Below, piece after piece: positions 25,809 through 39,524 of a stretch of 64,000 nucleotides of DNA (its first letter is position 1; each line of letters opens with the position of its first letter). The stretch is from Haliotis rubra (lineage: Eukaryota). A model generated the notes under the pieces. The model searched no databases. It was not told the origin of the DNA and worked only from the letters and a program-made list of their open reading frames with translations. Position numbers and translations under genes: made by a program. The stretch spans positions 744,001 through 808,000 of the forward strand of contig NW_025766536.1 of the NCBI RefSeq assembly GCF_003918875.1, read 5' to 3'.

Positions 25809-25894
25809 CCTCCCAGCGTTAAGATCAACTTGTGATTGTTTTCGAAGCTCTATAAAGGGCGCTATTGGTGCAGGAAATATGTTTTGTACTAAGT

Positions 25895-27202
25895 CTAATA
25901 GACAGCAGGTTGTAGACGCCCAGGCAGGTCTATCTTCTCGCCAAATCTCGGGAAGCCATATCGTTCGAGAACGATATTACCGTCGGACAACTCTCGCGGT
26001 GTCAGGGGGAAACGTGTTCCTGTTGACTTCCGGCTGATTGACGAGCCTCGTTGTGAGTCGACTTCAAATGCAGCCAGAGCTTTCGAGACATGTTTCTCTG
26101 GTATGTCTAATTTCTGGAACAAGGCTCTAACCATTCCTTCTTTTTCCTTCACAAGCTCTTCGTACTGAACGGCAAATATCGGGATCCCACTCTCTCGAAA
26201 CTCCGTGTATCTCGCCATGAGGGCTGACGTCATTATCATCGAGTGTCCTATCATACACAATTTTACCGCCATATCCTCAAGGTCATGGTCATAGCGATCC
26301 ACCCGCATAAACATCTTATACAGACTCTGTCGAAGTCCTGGAAAGAACCTCGCGAGTAAATCAGAATCTATCATCACCTTTGCTAACTTTGTGAGAAATT
26401 CCGACTGAGTAAACCCCTTGGCAGAGACGGCGTATGGCAAACTATCTCTGTATAGAAACAGGTGCTTGATTTCAGGAAACATCTCACATATGACCTTGAC
26501 CTCTGCGAATGTGAATGAAGCGACCTTCATAATAATTCTTTGAGCTCCTGGCAGCGTCTTACACTGCAGTCTGATGACACTCTGCAGCAGCTTGAGAACT
26601 TCCTCTTCCGGGGAGGTTTCAAGTTTACTTAACGTTGTGACAGATATTAGGGCCTCTGGTTCCCCGAGGGTTATTGTTCCGGGGACCTTCTCAAACACCT
26701 GGCTGAGAAGAGTAGAGCCACAGCGTCCAGTGCTAGAGAGCCATATGACAGGGACCTGAGGGTCTCCCGTCTCGTCCGCCAGACGATGGAAGGCTTCCAC
26801 AGGAATGGTGTACAATTTCTCAGCATTGGCAGCCTGGGCCCACTTCATGAAAGGATGTGTGTCAGAGCTGTAGATGTCTACATCTTTGTCCGTCTTTAAA
26901 AATATAGCCTCTGTGGAAGTGATATTATACAGAGATACTGATGGGTCCAAGAGGATTCGAGGATGGTCAAATCTTTCGTGTGTAGTCCAGAATTCATTTG
27001 TATTTGAAGGCGTCGCATGAGACACTTTCCTTTTCCAAAGCACGTGTTGCACGTGGACGGCACGTTCATAGCACGTGCTGGTAGCTGCACGTGCAGACTG
27101 TACCCCAGTAATTCTCCAAATAAGGCCCTGGAGAACTTTGTATATTGGTGTCAGAATCAGGAATATAATGGAAGCGAGGCTGGATGACAGGTCAGAGAAC
27201 AT
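25895..27202 (-). CDS. Sulfotransferase-like protein, copy 2 (435 aa)
   Basis: Intact ORF from MFSDLSS; motifs STGRCGSTLL, LFLYRD, AVQYEELV; hydrophobic N-terminal segment. Confidence 0.85.
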   Translation of the reverse strand: MFSDLSSSLASIIFLILTPIYKVLQGLIWRITGVQSARAATSTCYERAVHVQHVLWKRKVSHATPSNTNEFWTTHERFDHPRILLDPSVSLYNITSTEAIFLKTDKDVDIYSSDTHPFMKWAQAANAEKLYTIPVEAFHRLADETGDPQVPVIWLSSTGRCGSTLLSQVFEKVPGTITLGEPEALISVTTLSKLETSPEEEVLKLLQSVIRLQCKTLPGAQRIIMKVASFTFAEVKVICEMFPEIKHLFLYRDSLPYAVSAKGFTQSEFLTKLAKVMIDSDLLARFFPGLRQSLYKMFMRVDRYDHDLEDMAVKLCMIGHSMIMTSALMARYTEFRESGIPIFAVQYEELVKEKEGMVRALFQKLDIPEKHVSKALAAFEVDSQRGSSISRKSTGTRFPLTPRELSDGNIVLERYGFPRFGEKIDLPGRLQPAVY

Positions 27203-27257
27203 CTTCTGGTTTCTGGGGAAGATAAAAATATGTGGAACATCTGTCTCTCTTATAATA

Positions 27258-27384
27258 TACTCATGCCAATAATGGTTGTCACCCCCTTCAATGTTTCTAA
27301 TTGGAGAGGGGGTGTGGGGTGGGGATGTGAGGTGTGTGTTGGGTTGGGGTGGGGAGGGGGTGACAACCATTATTGGCATGAGTA
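27258..27384. mobile_element. Tc1/mariner-type MITE (30-bp TIR, TA TSD)
   Basis: tactcatgccaataatggttgtcaccccct ... agggggtgacaaccattattggcatgagta; empty site in copies 1 and 3. Confidence 0.9.
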
Positions 27385-29851
27385 TACATACTATAAAAAG
27401 CAGAATTATTGCATGAGTCGTTTTTTAAGTATTTGTTTAATTACAGGTGAATGATTGATTGATTAATTGATTGTTGTCTAACGCCTCACTCATCAATATT
27501 CCAGACAATCCAGTGATCAACAGCATGAGCATCTCTCTACGCAATTGAGATAGGAGAGCACGTTTCAACCAAGTCAGCGAGCCTGACCACTTGATCCCGT
27601 TGGTCGCCTTTTATGACAAATATGGGTTGCTGAAGACCAGTTCTAACCCGGATCTTCACGGGTCACAGGTGAATGAGCAAGTGCTGACGCCAAGTTTAAC
27701 AGATTTCAGTATCACGGGGTGGATTTCTGCTCGACAGACTGCAAGTTTCTTGTGCCAGGTGCTTGAAGCGTTCGCTTGTCACGGCGACGACTCGAGTTTA
27801 ATTCCCATATGGATACAATGTGTGAAGCCCATTTCTATTGTCCCCCGCCGTGATGTTGTGAAAAGCTAAGAGCTACATTAATCACTCACTGTATTCTCCT
27901 TGAATTATGCAGCTGAGAGTGTGTGTGTTTCCTTTTTTGAAAACATTATCCCTATTGATGTATTGATGATTTCAAATGTGGAATACAAACTATATAGTAT
28001 TGCCTGTTTGAAAATATAGACTGAAACTATGAAGTTCATTATGCGGTTAACCCACAGGTAATAAGTACGTTACCACACTCTTTGACCTCTGAAAATGCTC
28101 ATTATCTATAGAAATAGATCAGAAATAAATTGTAGTGCTTCAGTGCTTTTTAATTCACCCTCAGAAGATCAATAAATGCAGAAAAAGCGCCAGGGTGAGG
28201 GAAGTAGTAAGCACAATATGAATACCTCACTCGAACATGGACAGAAAAGGTTTTAAAACTTATCATTCGAACTCCCTTCTGCCCAGCCCCTCCTGTGGGA
28301 ACAAAAGCTCAGAGTGAAGTCTACACCTTCCTCGGATTCTAAATCCCTCGTCTCTCGGAGCTCCATTTCAAGTTAAAAGATTCTGAAATCCACCGCGCGT
28401 GGGCGTCTAAGGCACCAGGCTCGGATCCAGCCCATTTCAGCCCACCTGTGACCGGGTGTAAAAACCTTGGAGTTATTTGTTTCTCTCAAATTATGTATTT
28501 TCAGACACCGCGCGTGGGCGAGCTGGCTAAGGCACCAGGCTTGTGATCCAGCGAGGTTGAGGTGTCGGGATCGAATCCCACCCATGTGACCGTTATTTGT
28601 AAAAACCTGTATTTTCAGACACCGCGCGTGTGTGCAGACTCTTTCAGTGTTGTCACAACCCCTAGTGTACAGTTGGAGTCAACTTTGTGTGCAGACTCTT
28701 TCAGTGTTGTCAAACCCCTAGAACCCACGAATCCGGTGGTATATGACCAGATGGTGGCCACATGAATACCGGTACGTGCAAACACCTAGTTGTGGGTACA
28801 GCAACGTGCAGTAAACTTGGACAAAGTACTGTGACTATGTGTCCCAGTCCACCCAGCTGTGAATGGGTACCTCGTTAGGATGAGAAAGCCACAACTCAGT
28901 GCGCCTACTTCCCAGGGAGTTGAGATTGATAATACGATGTGCCGTTGAGATTGACATCTAATGTAAAAAAAGTACCAGCGCCTTGAGCATGCACTAGTTG
29001 CCGGGATATGTGCGCTTTATAAATATCCTATATTAAAATTAATTATATAACCGCCTTTGCAATGGTGCTATTTCGGGCCCTCGTCCGACTGCTCGACTAA
29101 AAGTTTACTCGAATACAGGGTTACTCGAATACATGACACGTTTTTGTTTACTCTGATACAAGCTGCAGCTTCCAGATGAATATACAGTGATCCAAGTTAC
29201 TGTTCTTGTATTGCAGGGAAGCCAGGAGATCAGAGATCACAGGCTCAGATGTGTCCCAGCATAGAGCGACTATTCATGCCTGTCCTGGGCTCTGTCACAA
29301 TAACCTTGTGCACAGTACACGCCCAGTCACCCGTATCCCACCTCTGTCATGACGGCTTGTCAATAACTGACTATTGGAGAAAGAGGTAAATCGACCTCGT
29401 TGGTAGTATTCCCAACGTATACAGTCGCGGAATAAAAAACAGGTGTTGCACGTATGTTTTCACAACAGCCTGCTCTCATGTAAACTGAAATTTAGTCTCA
29501 GAAATAAAGTTATCTTTAAAATATTTTCAAAGCAAATCCAAACGGCATCCAGAACTATACGATGGGTATTGTTTTACGCCGCATATTCCAGCAGAATTCC
29601 AGCAATATTTACGGCAGGAGTTTCTCATATTGTACCCATGTGGGGAATAGAACCCCGGTCTTTGGCGTAACGAGCGAACGCCTTAACCACTAGGCTACCC
29701 CACCGCTCCTTTAATGTCTAGAGCTGAGGCAATCGAGTCTTGCCGAACCAATCCTAAAGGAAATCACAGTTAAAATCACCGAAACAGTGGACATCAAATT
29801 TAAATGTCTTCCGGCAGTGACCTATTGTCCACCGGTGATGAGTGAGTGAGT

Positions 29852-32800
29852 GATGACAACGACTACTACATCGTCATAGTGAAACACCGGGGATGACAAC
29901 GACTACTACATCGTCATAGTGAACCATGGGGAATGACAACGTCTACTACATCGTCATAGTGAACTACCGGGGATGACAACGACTACTACATCGTCACAGT
30001 GAACCATCGGGGATGACAACGACTACTACATCGTCATAGTGAACCACAGGGGATGACAACGACTACTACATTGTCATAGTGAACAACAGGGGATGACAAC
30101 GACTACTACATGCTCATAGTGAACTACCGGGGATGACAACGACTACTACATCGTCAAAGTGAACCATCGGGGATGACAACGACTACTACATCGTCATAGT
30201 GAACCATCGGGGATGACAACGACTACTACATCGTCATAGTGAACCACTGGGAATGACAACGACTACTACATCGTCATAGTGAACAACAGGGGATGACAAC
30301 GACTACTACATCGTCATAGTGAACTACCGGGGATGACAACGACTACTACATCGTCATAGTGGACCACGAATGTTTACAACGACTACTACATCGTCATACT
30401 GAACCACAGGGGATGACAAAGACTATTTCATCGTCATAGTGAACAACAGGGGATGACAACGACTACTACATGGCCATAGTGAACTACCGGGGATGACAAC
30501 GACTACTACATCGTCATAGTGAACAACAGGGGATGACAACGACTACTACATCGTCATAGTGAACCACAGGGGAAGACAACGACTACCACATGGTCATAGT
30601 GAACCACTGGGGATGACAACGACTACTACATCGTCATAGTGAACTACCGGGGATGACAACGACTACTACATCGTCATAGTGGACCACGAATGTTTACAAC
30701 GACTACTACATCGTCATACTGAACCACAGGGGATGACAAAGACTACTTCATCGTCATAGTGAACAACAGGGGATGACAACGACTACTACATCGTTATAGT
30801 GAACCATGGGGAATAACAACGACTACTACATTATCATAGTGAACCACAGGGGATTACAACGACTACTACATGGTCATAGTGAACCACAGGGGATGACAAC
30901 GACTACTACATCGTCATAGTGAACTACCGGGGATGACAACGACTACTACATGCTCATAGTGAACTACCGGGGATGACAACGACTACTACATCGTCAAACT
31001 GAACCATCGGGGATGACAACGACTACTACATGGTCATAGTGAACAACAGGGGATGACAACGACTACTACATGCTCATAGTGAACTACCGGGGATGACAAC
31101 GACTACTACATCGTCAAAGTGAACCATCGGGGATGACAACGACTACTACATCGTCATAGTGAACTACCGGGAATGACAACGACTACTACATGGTCATAGT
31201 GAACTACCGGGGATGACAACGACTACTACATCGTCAAAGTGAACCATCGGGGATGACAACGACTACTACATCGTCATAGTGAACTACCGGGGATGGCAAC
31301 GACTGCTACATGGTCATAGTGAACTACCGAGGATGACAACGTCTACTACATCGTCATAGTGAACCACAGGGGATGACAACGACTACTACATTGTAATAGT
31401 GAACCACCGGGAATGACAACGACTACTACATCCTCATAGTGAACCACTGGGGATGACAACGACTACTACATCGTCATAGTGAACTACCGGGGATGACAAC
31501 GACTACTACATGGTCATAGTGAAACACCGGGGATGACAACGACTACTACATCGTCATAGTGAACCACAGGGGATGACAACGACTACTACATCGTCATAGT
31601 GAACAACAGGGGATGACAACGACTACTACATCGTCATAGTGAACTACCGGGGATGACAACGACTACTACATCGTCATAGTGACCCAACGGAATGACAACG
31701 ACTACTACATGGTCATAGTGAACAACAGGGGACGACAACGACTACTACATCGTCATAGTGAACCACCGGGGATGACAACGACTACTACATGGCCATAGTG
31801 AACTACCGGGGATGACAACGACTACTACATCGTCATACTGAACCACAGGGGATGACAACGACTACTACATCGTCATAGTGAACCACCGGGGATGACAACG
31901 ACTACTACATCGTCATAGTGAACTATCGGTGATGACAACGACTACTACATGGCCATAGTGAAACACCGGGGATGACAACGACTACTCCATGGTCATAGTG
32001 AACCACGAATGTTGACAACGACTACTACATGGTCATAGTGAACCACCGGGAATGAGAACGACTACTACAACGTCATAGTGAACTACCGGGGATGACAACG
32101 ACTACTACATCGTTATAGTGAACTACCGAGGATGACAACGACTACTACATGGCCATAGTGAAACACCGGGGATGACAACGACTACTACATGGTCATAGTG
32201 AAACACGAATGTTGACAACGACTACTACATGGTCATAGTGAACCACAGGGGATGACAACGACTACTACATGGTCATAGTGAACCACCGGGGATGACAACG
32301 ACTACTACAACGTCATAGTGAACTACCGGGAATGACAACGACTACTACATCGTCATAGTGAAACACCGGGGATGACAACGACTACTACATCGTCATAGTG
32401 AACCACGAATGTTGACAACGACTACTACATGGTCATAGTGAACCACGAATGTTGACAACGACTACTACATCGTCATAGTGAACCACAGGGGATGGCAACG
32501 ACTACTACATGGTCATAGTGAACTACCGAGGATGACAACGACTACTACATCGTCATAGTGAACAACAGGGGATGACAACGACTACTACATCGTCATAGTG
32601 AACTACTGGGGATGACAACGACTACTACATCGTCATAGTGAACTACCGGGGATGACAACGACTACTACATGGCCATAGTGAAACACCGGGGATGACAACG
32701 ACTACTACATCGTCATAGTGAACCACGAATGTTGACAACGACTACTACATCGTCATTGTGAACCACAGGGGATGACAACGACTACTACATCGTCATAGTG

Positions 32801-35096
32801 AACCACCGGGGATGACAACGACTACTACAACGTCATAGTGAACTACCGGGGATGACAACGACTACTACATCGTCATAGTGAAACACAGGGGATGACAACG
32901 ACTGCTACATGGTCATAGTGAACCACAGGGGATGACAACGACTACTACATCGTCATAGTGAACCATCGGGGATGACAACGACTGCTACATTGTCATAGTG
33001 AACCACAGGGGATGACAACGACTACTACATTGTCATAGTGAACAACAGCGGATGACAACGGCTACTACATCGTCATAGTGAACCATCGGGGATGACAACG
33101 ACTACTACAACGTCGTAGTGAACTACCGGGGATGACAACGACTACTACATGGCCATAGTGAAACACCGGGGATGACAACGACTACTACATGGTCATAGTG
33201 AACCACGAATGTTGACAACGACTACTACATGGTCATAGTGAACCACAGGGGATGACAACGACTACTACATGGTCATAGTGAACCACCGGGGATGACAACG
33301 ACTACTACAACGTCATAGTGAACTACCGGGGATGACAACGACTACTACATTGTCATAGTGAACAGCAGGGGATGACAACGGCTACTACATGGCCATAGTG
33401 AAACACCGGGATGACAACGACTACTACATGGTCATAGTGAACCACGAATGTTGACAACGACTACTACATGGTCATAGTGAACCACGAATGTTGACAACGA
33501 CTACTACATCGTCATAGTGAACCACAGGGGATGACAACGACTACTACATTGCCATAGTGAAACACCGGGGATGACTACGACTACTACATGGTCATAGTGA
33601 ACCACGAATGTTGACAACGACTACTACATCGTCATAGTGAACCACGAATGTTGACAACGACTACTACGTTGTCATAGTGAACTACCGGGGATGACAACGA
33701 CTACTACATGGCCATAATGTAACACCGGGGATGACAACGACTACTACATGGTCATAGTGAACCATGAATGTTGACAACGACTACTACATGGTCATAGTGA
33801 ACCACGAATGTTGACAACGACTACTACGTCGTCATAGTGAACCACGGGGGATGACAACGACTACTACATTGTCATAGTGAACAACAGGGGATGACAACGG
33901 CTACTACATCGTCATAGTGAACCACGAGATGTTGACAACGACTACTACATCGTCATAGTGAACCTCAGGGGATGACAACGACTACTACATGCTCATAGTG
34001 AACTACCGGGGATGACAACGACTACTACATGGTCATAGTGAACCACGAATGTTGACAACGACTACTACATGGTCATAGTGAACCACGAATGTTGACAACG
34101 ACTACTACATGGTCATAGTGAACCACGAATGTTGACAACGACTACTACATCGTCATAGTGAACAACAGGGGATGACAACGGCTACTACATCGTCATAGTG
34201 AAACACCGGGGATGACAACGACTACTACATCGTCATAGTGAACTACCGGGGATGGCAACGACTACTACATGGTCATAGTGAACTACCGAGGATGACAACG
34301 ACTACTACATCGTCATACTGAACAACAGGGGATGACAACGACTACTACATCGTCATAGTGAACTACTGGGGATGACAACGACTACTACATCGTCATAGTG
34401 AACTACCGGGGATGACAACGACTACTACATGGCCATAGTGAAACACCGGGGATGACAACGACTACTACATCGTCATAGTGGACGACGAATGTTGACAACG
34501 ACTACTACATGGTCATAGTGAACCACAGGGGATGACAACGACTACTACATCGTCATAGTGAACCACCGGGGATGACAACGACTACTACAACGTCATAGTG
34601 AACTACCGGGGATGACAACGACTACTACATCGTCATAGTGAAACACCGGGGATGACAACGACTACTACATCGTCATAGTGAAACACGAATGTTGACAACT
34701 ACTACTACATCGTCATAGTGAACCATCGGGGATGACAACGACTACTACATGGTCATAGTGAACCACAGGGGATGACAACGACTACTACATCGTCATAGTG
34801 AACAACAGGGGATGACAACGACTACTACATGGTCATAGTGAACAACAGGGGATGAACTACTACAGGTGAGCCATGGATGACGACTACTACATCGTCATAG
34901 TGAACAACAGGGGATGACAACGACTAGTACATCGTCACAGGGGGATGACAACGACTACTACATCGTCATAGTGAACCACAGGGGATGACAACGACTACTA
35001 CATGGTCATAGTGAACCACGGGGATGACAACGACTACTACATTGTCATAGTGAACCACCGGGGATGACAACGACTACTACATCGTCATAGTGAACC
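29852..35096. repeat. 40-bp satellite array B (~130 units)
   Basis: Same unit and same flanks as array A. Confidence 0.97.
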
Positions 35097-36329
35097 CCTT
35101 GACTCAAAGCACTATATGACGGGCGCCACGGTGTGGAAAGATTGATTTCAAACTAAATGGCTTTCAACTCCTCAAACAATGTAAAAATAACAATAAACTT
35201 TTTTATAGTGTCAATTCCAAAATCAACTACAGGAACTTGCGAAAGTAGGTCCACCAGTAGGGACACCAGAAGTAGGCTACACACATTGTACCCATGCGGA
35301 GAATGGTGATCACGGGGGATGGCGCCACGAAACCCGTGCCTTCTGAAAGGCCCCTTACGTTGCTGGGTTCCCAGGTCCAAATGGTCCACATCGAGAGGAG
35401 GTTCAAGCTATAAGTTATGAGTTTAACAGCCGATGTTTTACAAATGGGTATCTGAAATTTTACTCGCTGTATTTAATACTTTATGATTTCAGTGAAAATC
35501 CGGGTTAGAATTGGTCTTCAGCAACTCATGCTTGTCACATGTCATCGTATCCCAATAGCGTGAGAGATGCTCGTGATGTTGATCACTGGATTGTCTGGTC
35601 CAGATTTGATTATTTACACACCGCCGTCGAATAGCTGGAATATTGCTGAATGCGACGTTAAACAACAATCAACCAATCAATCAATTAATCACTAATATTT
35701 TATATATTTTGGATATGTTTTAACAGCCCGACTCCCATGCCAGGAGTGGACACTCAACACTTAAAGACACAAGTCGACATAATGTTTCACCTTTTATGTG
35801 TATCACTTCTAAATGCCCTTCAAAGACTTTAAAATGCTTTGAATAAAGGTTCTTCTAAAGAGAGTGAGTATTGTATTATCAAGGTAGAATGGTCTTCAGA
35901 AAAACAATCGTTCCCATTCCGACAGTCGACATTAAAAACTAAAATACTTTGAATATAGGTTCTATAAAAGAAAGATCGAGTATTGTATTATCAAGATATT
36001 ACAATACCTAAGGTGTCGTAAAGGAAAAATACAATCACTTTGTAAATATGTTCCATGTTGGGAGTCCAAGTCAGTTTAGAACCAAACATATTTATACTAT
36101 TCAATGTTACCTGGCAGCGTGTTGGCAATATTTCTAAAGAAAAGGTGACTATTGTGGCAAAATAATCATCGTCGATCCACCTGGGGCTTGTGATTGGTTC
36201 GTGACCAAAACTCACTCCCTCAAATGCTGTGATATTCTCTATCCTCCCAGCGTTAAGATCAACTTGTGAGTGTTTTCGAAAGCTCTATAAAAGGCGCTAT
36301 TGGTGCAGGAAATATCTTTTGTACTAAGT

Positions 36330-37637
36330 CTAATAGACAGCAGGTTGTAGACGCCCAGGTAAGTCTATCTTCTCGCCAAATCTCGGGAAGCCATATCGTT
36401 CGAGAACGATATTACCGTCGGACAACTCTCGCGGTGTCAGGGGGAAACGTGTTCCTGTAGACTTCCGGCTGATTGACGAGCCTCGTTGTGAGTCGACTTC
36501 AAATGCAGCCAAAGCTTTCAAGACATGTTTCTCTGGTACGTTTAATTTCTGGAACAAGGCTCTAACCATTCCTTCCTTCTCCTTAACAAGCTCTTCGTAC
36601 TGAACGGCAAATATCGGGATCCCACTCTTCCTAAACTCTGTGTATCTCGTCATGAGGGCTGACGTCATTATCATCGTGTGTCCTATCATACACAATTTTA
36701 CCGCCATATCCTCAAGGTCATGGTCATAGCGATCCACCCGTGAAAACATCTTGTACAGACTCTGTCGAAGTCCTGGAAAGAACCTCGCGAGTAAATCAGA
36801 ATCTATCACCACCTTTGCTAACTTTGTGAGAAATTCCGACTGAGTTAACCCCTTGGCAGAGACAGCGTATGGCAAACTATCTCTGTATAGAAACAGGTGC
36901 TTGATTTCAGGAAACATCTCACATATGACCTTGACCTCTGCGAATGTGAATGAAGCGACCTTCATAATAATTCTTTGAGCTCCTGGCAGCGTCTTACACT
37001 GCAGTCTGATGACACTCTGCAGCAGCTTGAGAACTTCCTCTTCCGGGCAGGTTTCAAGTTTACTTAACGTTGTGACAGATATTAGAGCCTCTGGTTCTCC
37101 GATGGCTATTGTTCCGGGGACCTTCTCAAATACCTGGCTGAGAAGAGTAGAGCCACAGCGTCCAGTGCTAGAGAGCCATATGACAGGGACCTGAGGGTCT
37201 CCCGTCTCGTCCGCCAGCCGATGGAAGGCTTCCACAGGAATGGTGTATACCTTCTCAGCATTGACAGCCTGGGCCCACTTCATGAAAGGATGGGTGTCAG
37301 AGCTGTAGATGTCTACATCTTTGTCCGTCTTTAAAAATATAGCTTCTGTGGAAGTGATATTATACAGAGATACTGATGGGTCCAAGAGGATTCGAGGATG
37401 GTCAAATCTTTCGTGTGTAGTCCAGAATTCATTTGTATTTGAAGACGTCGCATGAGACACTTTCCTTTTCCAAAGCACGTGTTGCACGTGGACGGCACGT
37501 CCATAGCACGTGCTGGTAGCTGCACATGCAGACTGTACCCCAGTAATTCTCCAAATAAGGCCGTGGAGAACTTTGTATATTGGTGTCAGAATCAGGAATA
37601 TGATGGAAACCAGACTGGACGACAGGTCAGAGAACAT
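36330..37637 (-). CDS. Sulfotransferase-like protein, copy 3 (435 aa)
   Basis: Intact ORF with the same motifs; acceptor AG at 37649-37648. Confidence 0.85.
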   Translation of the reverse strand: MFSDLSSSLVSIIFLILTPIYKVLHGLIWRITGVQSACAATSTCYGRAVHVQHVLWKRKVSHATSSNTNEFWTTHERFDHPRILLDPSVSLYNITSTEAIFLKTDKDVDIYSSDTHPFMKWAQAVNAEKVYTIPVEAFHRLADETGDPQVPVIWLSSTGRCGSTLLSQVFEKVPGTIAIGEPEALISVTTLSKLETCPEEEVLKLLQSVIRLQCKTLPGAQRIIMKVASFTFAEVKVICEMFPEIKHLFLYRDSLPYAVSAKGLTQSEFLTKLAKVVIDSDLLARFFPGLRQSLYKMFSRVDRYDHDLEDMAVKLCMIGHTMIMTSALMTRYTEFRKSGIPIFAVQYEELVKEKEGMVRALFQKLNVPEKHVLKALAAFEVDSQRGSSISRKSTGTRFPLTPRELSDGNIVLERYGFPRFGEKIDLPGRLQPAVY

Positions 37638-37967
37638 CTTCTGGTTTCTGGGGAAGACAAAAATATGTGAAGTTTTACATTCAGTCTGTACACTAAAAGG
37701 CAAGGTTTATATGGAACCCAAACACCTGTCTCTCTTATAATACATACTATAAAAATGTCTAATCACAGGTGAATGATTGATTGTTTACCTCCACACTCAG
37801 CAATATTCAAGCTTTCTGACGGCGGTCTGTAAATAATCGAGTCTGGTCCAGACAATACAGTGATCAACAACATGTGCATCTCTCTACGCTTTTGGGATGC
37901 GATAATGATATCATATATCAACCATATCGGCGAGCCTGCCCAACCGATCCCGTTACTCGCCTCTTAC

Positions 37968-38290
37968 GACAAGCTTGGGTTGCTGAAGACCAGTTCTAAC
38001 CCGGATCTTCACGGGAGACAAGCATGGGTTGCTGCAGACCAGTTCCAACCCGGATCTTCAAGGGGGACAAGCTTGGGCTGCTGAAGACCAGTTCTAACCC
38101 GGATCTTCACGGGTAGAGACAAGCATGGGTTGCTGCAGACCAGTTCTTACCCGGATCTTCACGAGTAGAGACAAGCATGGGCTGCTGCAGACCAGTTCCA
38201 ACCCGGATCTTCACGGGTAGAGACAAGCATGGGTTGCTGCAGACCAGTTCTAACCCGGATCTTCATGGGGAGACAAGCATGGGTTGCTGC
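37968..38290. repeat. ~50-bp minisatellite derived from the end of a family-C SINE
   Basis: agacaagcatgggttgctgcagaccagttctaacccggatcttcacggg about 6-7 times, continuous with the SINE at 37775. Confidence 0.9.
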
Positions 38291-39524
38291 TGAGGTGGTT
38301 TTCTGCTCGAAAGACTGCAAGTATCCTGTACGCTATATCCTGTACGCTATATCCTTTATTCTCAAGGAGATGATGGGGTAGCCTAGTGGTTAAAGCGTTT
38401 GCTCGTCACGCCGAAGACTCGGGTGTAATTCCGCCATGATATTGTGAAAACCAAAAAGCTGCATTACAAGATACTCACTTTATTCTCGTTGAACTATGCA
38501 GCTTAGAGTGTGAGCTTCTGTGAAAACATTCCTAATGCTTATTTCAAATGTGGAAAACAAACTATATAGTCTTACCTGTTTAAAAACATAGACTGTTAAT
38601 ATATAAAAACTGAATTATGCGATTAATCCGCGGGTGCTGAGGAGGGCTAATATGTAGTGTAAATCATGAAATTAATGCGTCACGAATTTTTATTGCGAGT
38701 GCGAGGGTCTAGTCTAAAATGCGTCACGAAATTAATGCGAGCTCAGGAATCTGTGTTGATGATAAAATGTGACACCCTGAATCTTTGGTGTTGTTCTTTT
38801 TCTTTTCACACTTGTTATTTACCAAATAACCTGAATTGAGCTTGTCCAGCAATGAATGGAAGTGAGCTGACGATGTTTTGATTACCATGCCATGTTTGAT
38901 CACGTGATTGCTTGCTACTACATGTTTAAACGTAATCCGACTAGAAAGACACAAGTCATCTACCAAGGTACAACAAACACGTGGCTGGAGAATGTCCGGT
39001 CTGGCTGATGTGCTTGAGTGACTTTAAACAATGACCAGTGATTGTAACCAGTGATAATTACATGTGGCTTGAGATACCTGTAATGAGGAAGTGCCCTGTA
39101 CTTTTTCTGTCTGTTATTACTAGTACTCGGAGTAGCTTCTGAGGATTATAAGAAAATGTACCTGTCACTTTTTCTTTTCATAATGATTAAAACAACCTTA
39201 ACCTGTGAAGATCCGGATTAGAATTGGTCTTCAGCAACACGTGCTTGTCGTAAGAGGCGACTAACGGGATCGGGTGGTCAGGCTCGCTGACATAGTTGAC
39301 ACGTGTCATCATATCCTAATTGGGTTGATAGATGCTCCTGGTGTTGATCACTGGATTGTCTGGTCCAGACTACCACGACGCCCCCGATATCTCGAGCTTG
39401 TTGTCAGTCAGGCAGATATACTTCACTATCAGCGACAGTAACATCACTGACTGAGACGGTAGGATCAGCCAACCAAACGTTTGGTTTGATAAACATCACA
39501 ATGAGTGTCATGTCATGACAGCAT

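Noticed and set aside
27203-27379. N-terminal extension of copy 2 (and the shorter extensions of copies 1, 3, 4)
   Set aside because: Lies upstream of the conserved acceptor, in intron or MITE sequence; the shared start is MFSD.
29852-35096. CRISPR-like appearance (palindromic constant part plus variable part)
   Set aside because: Variable slot is only ~6-10 bp and recurs; no cas genes; animal genomic context. It is a satellite.
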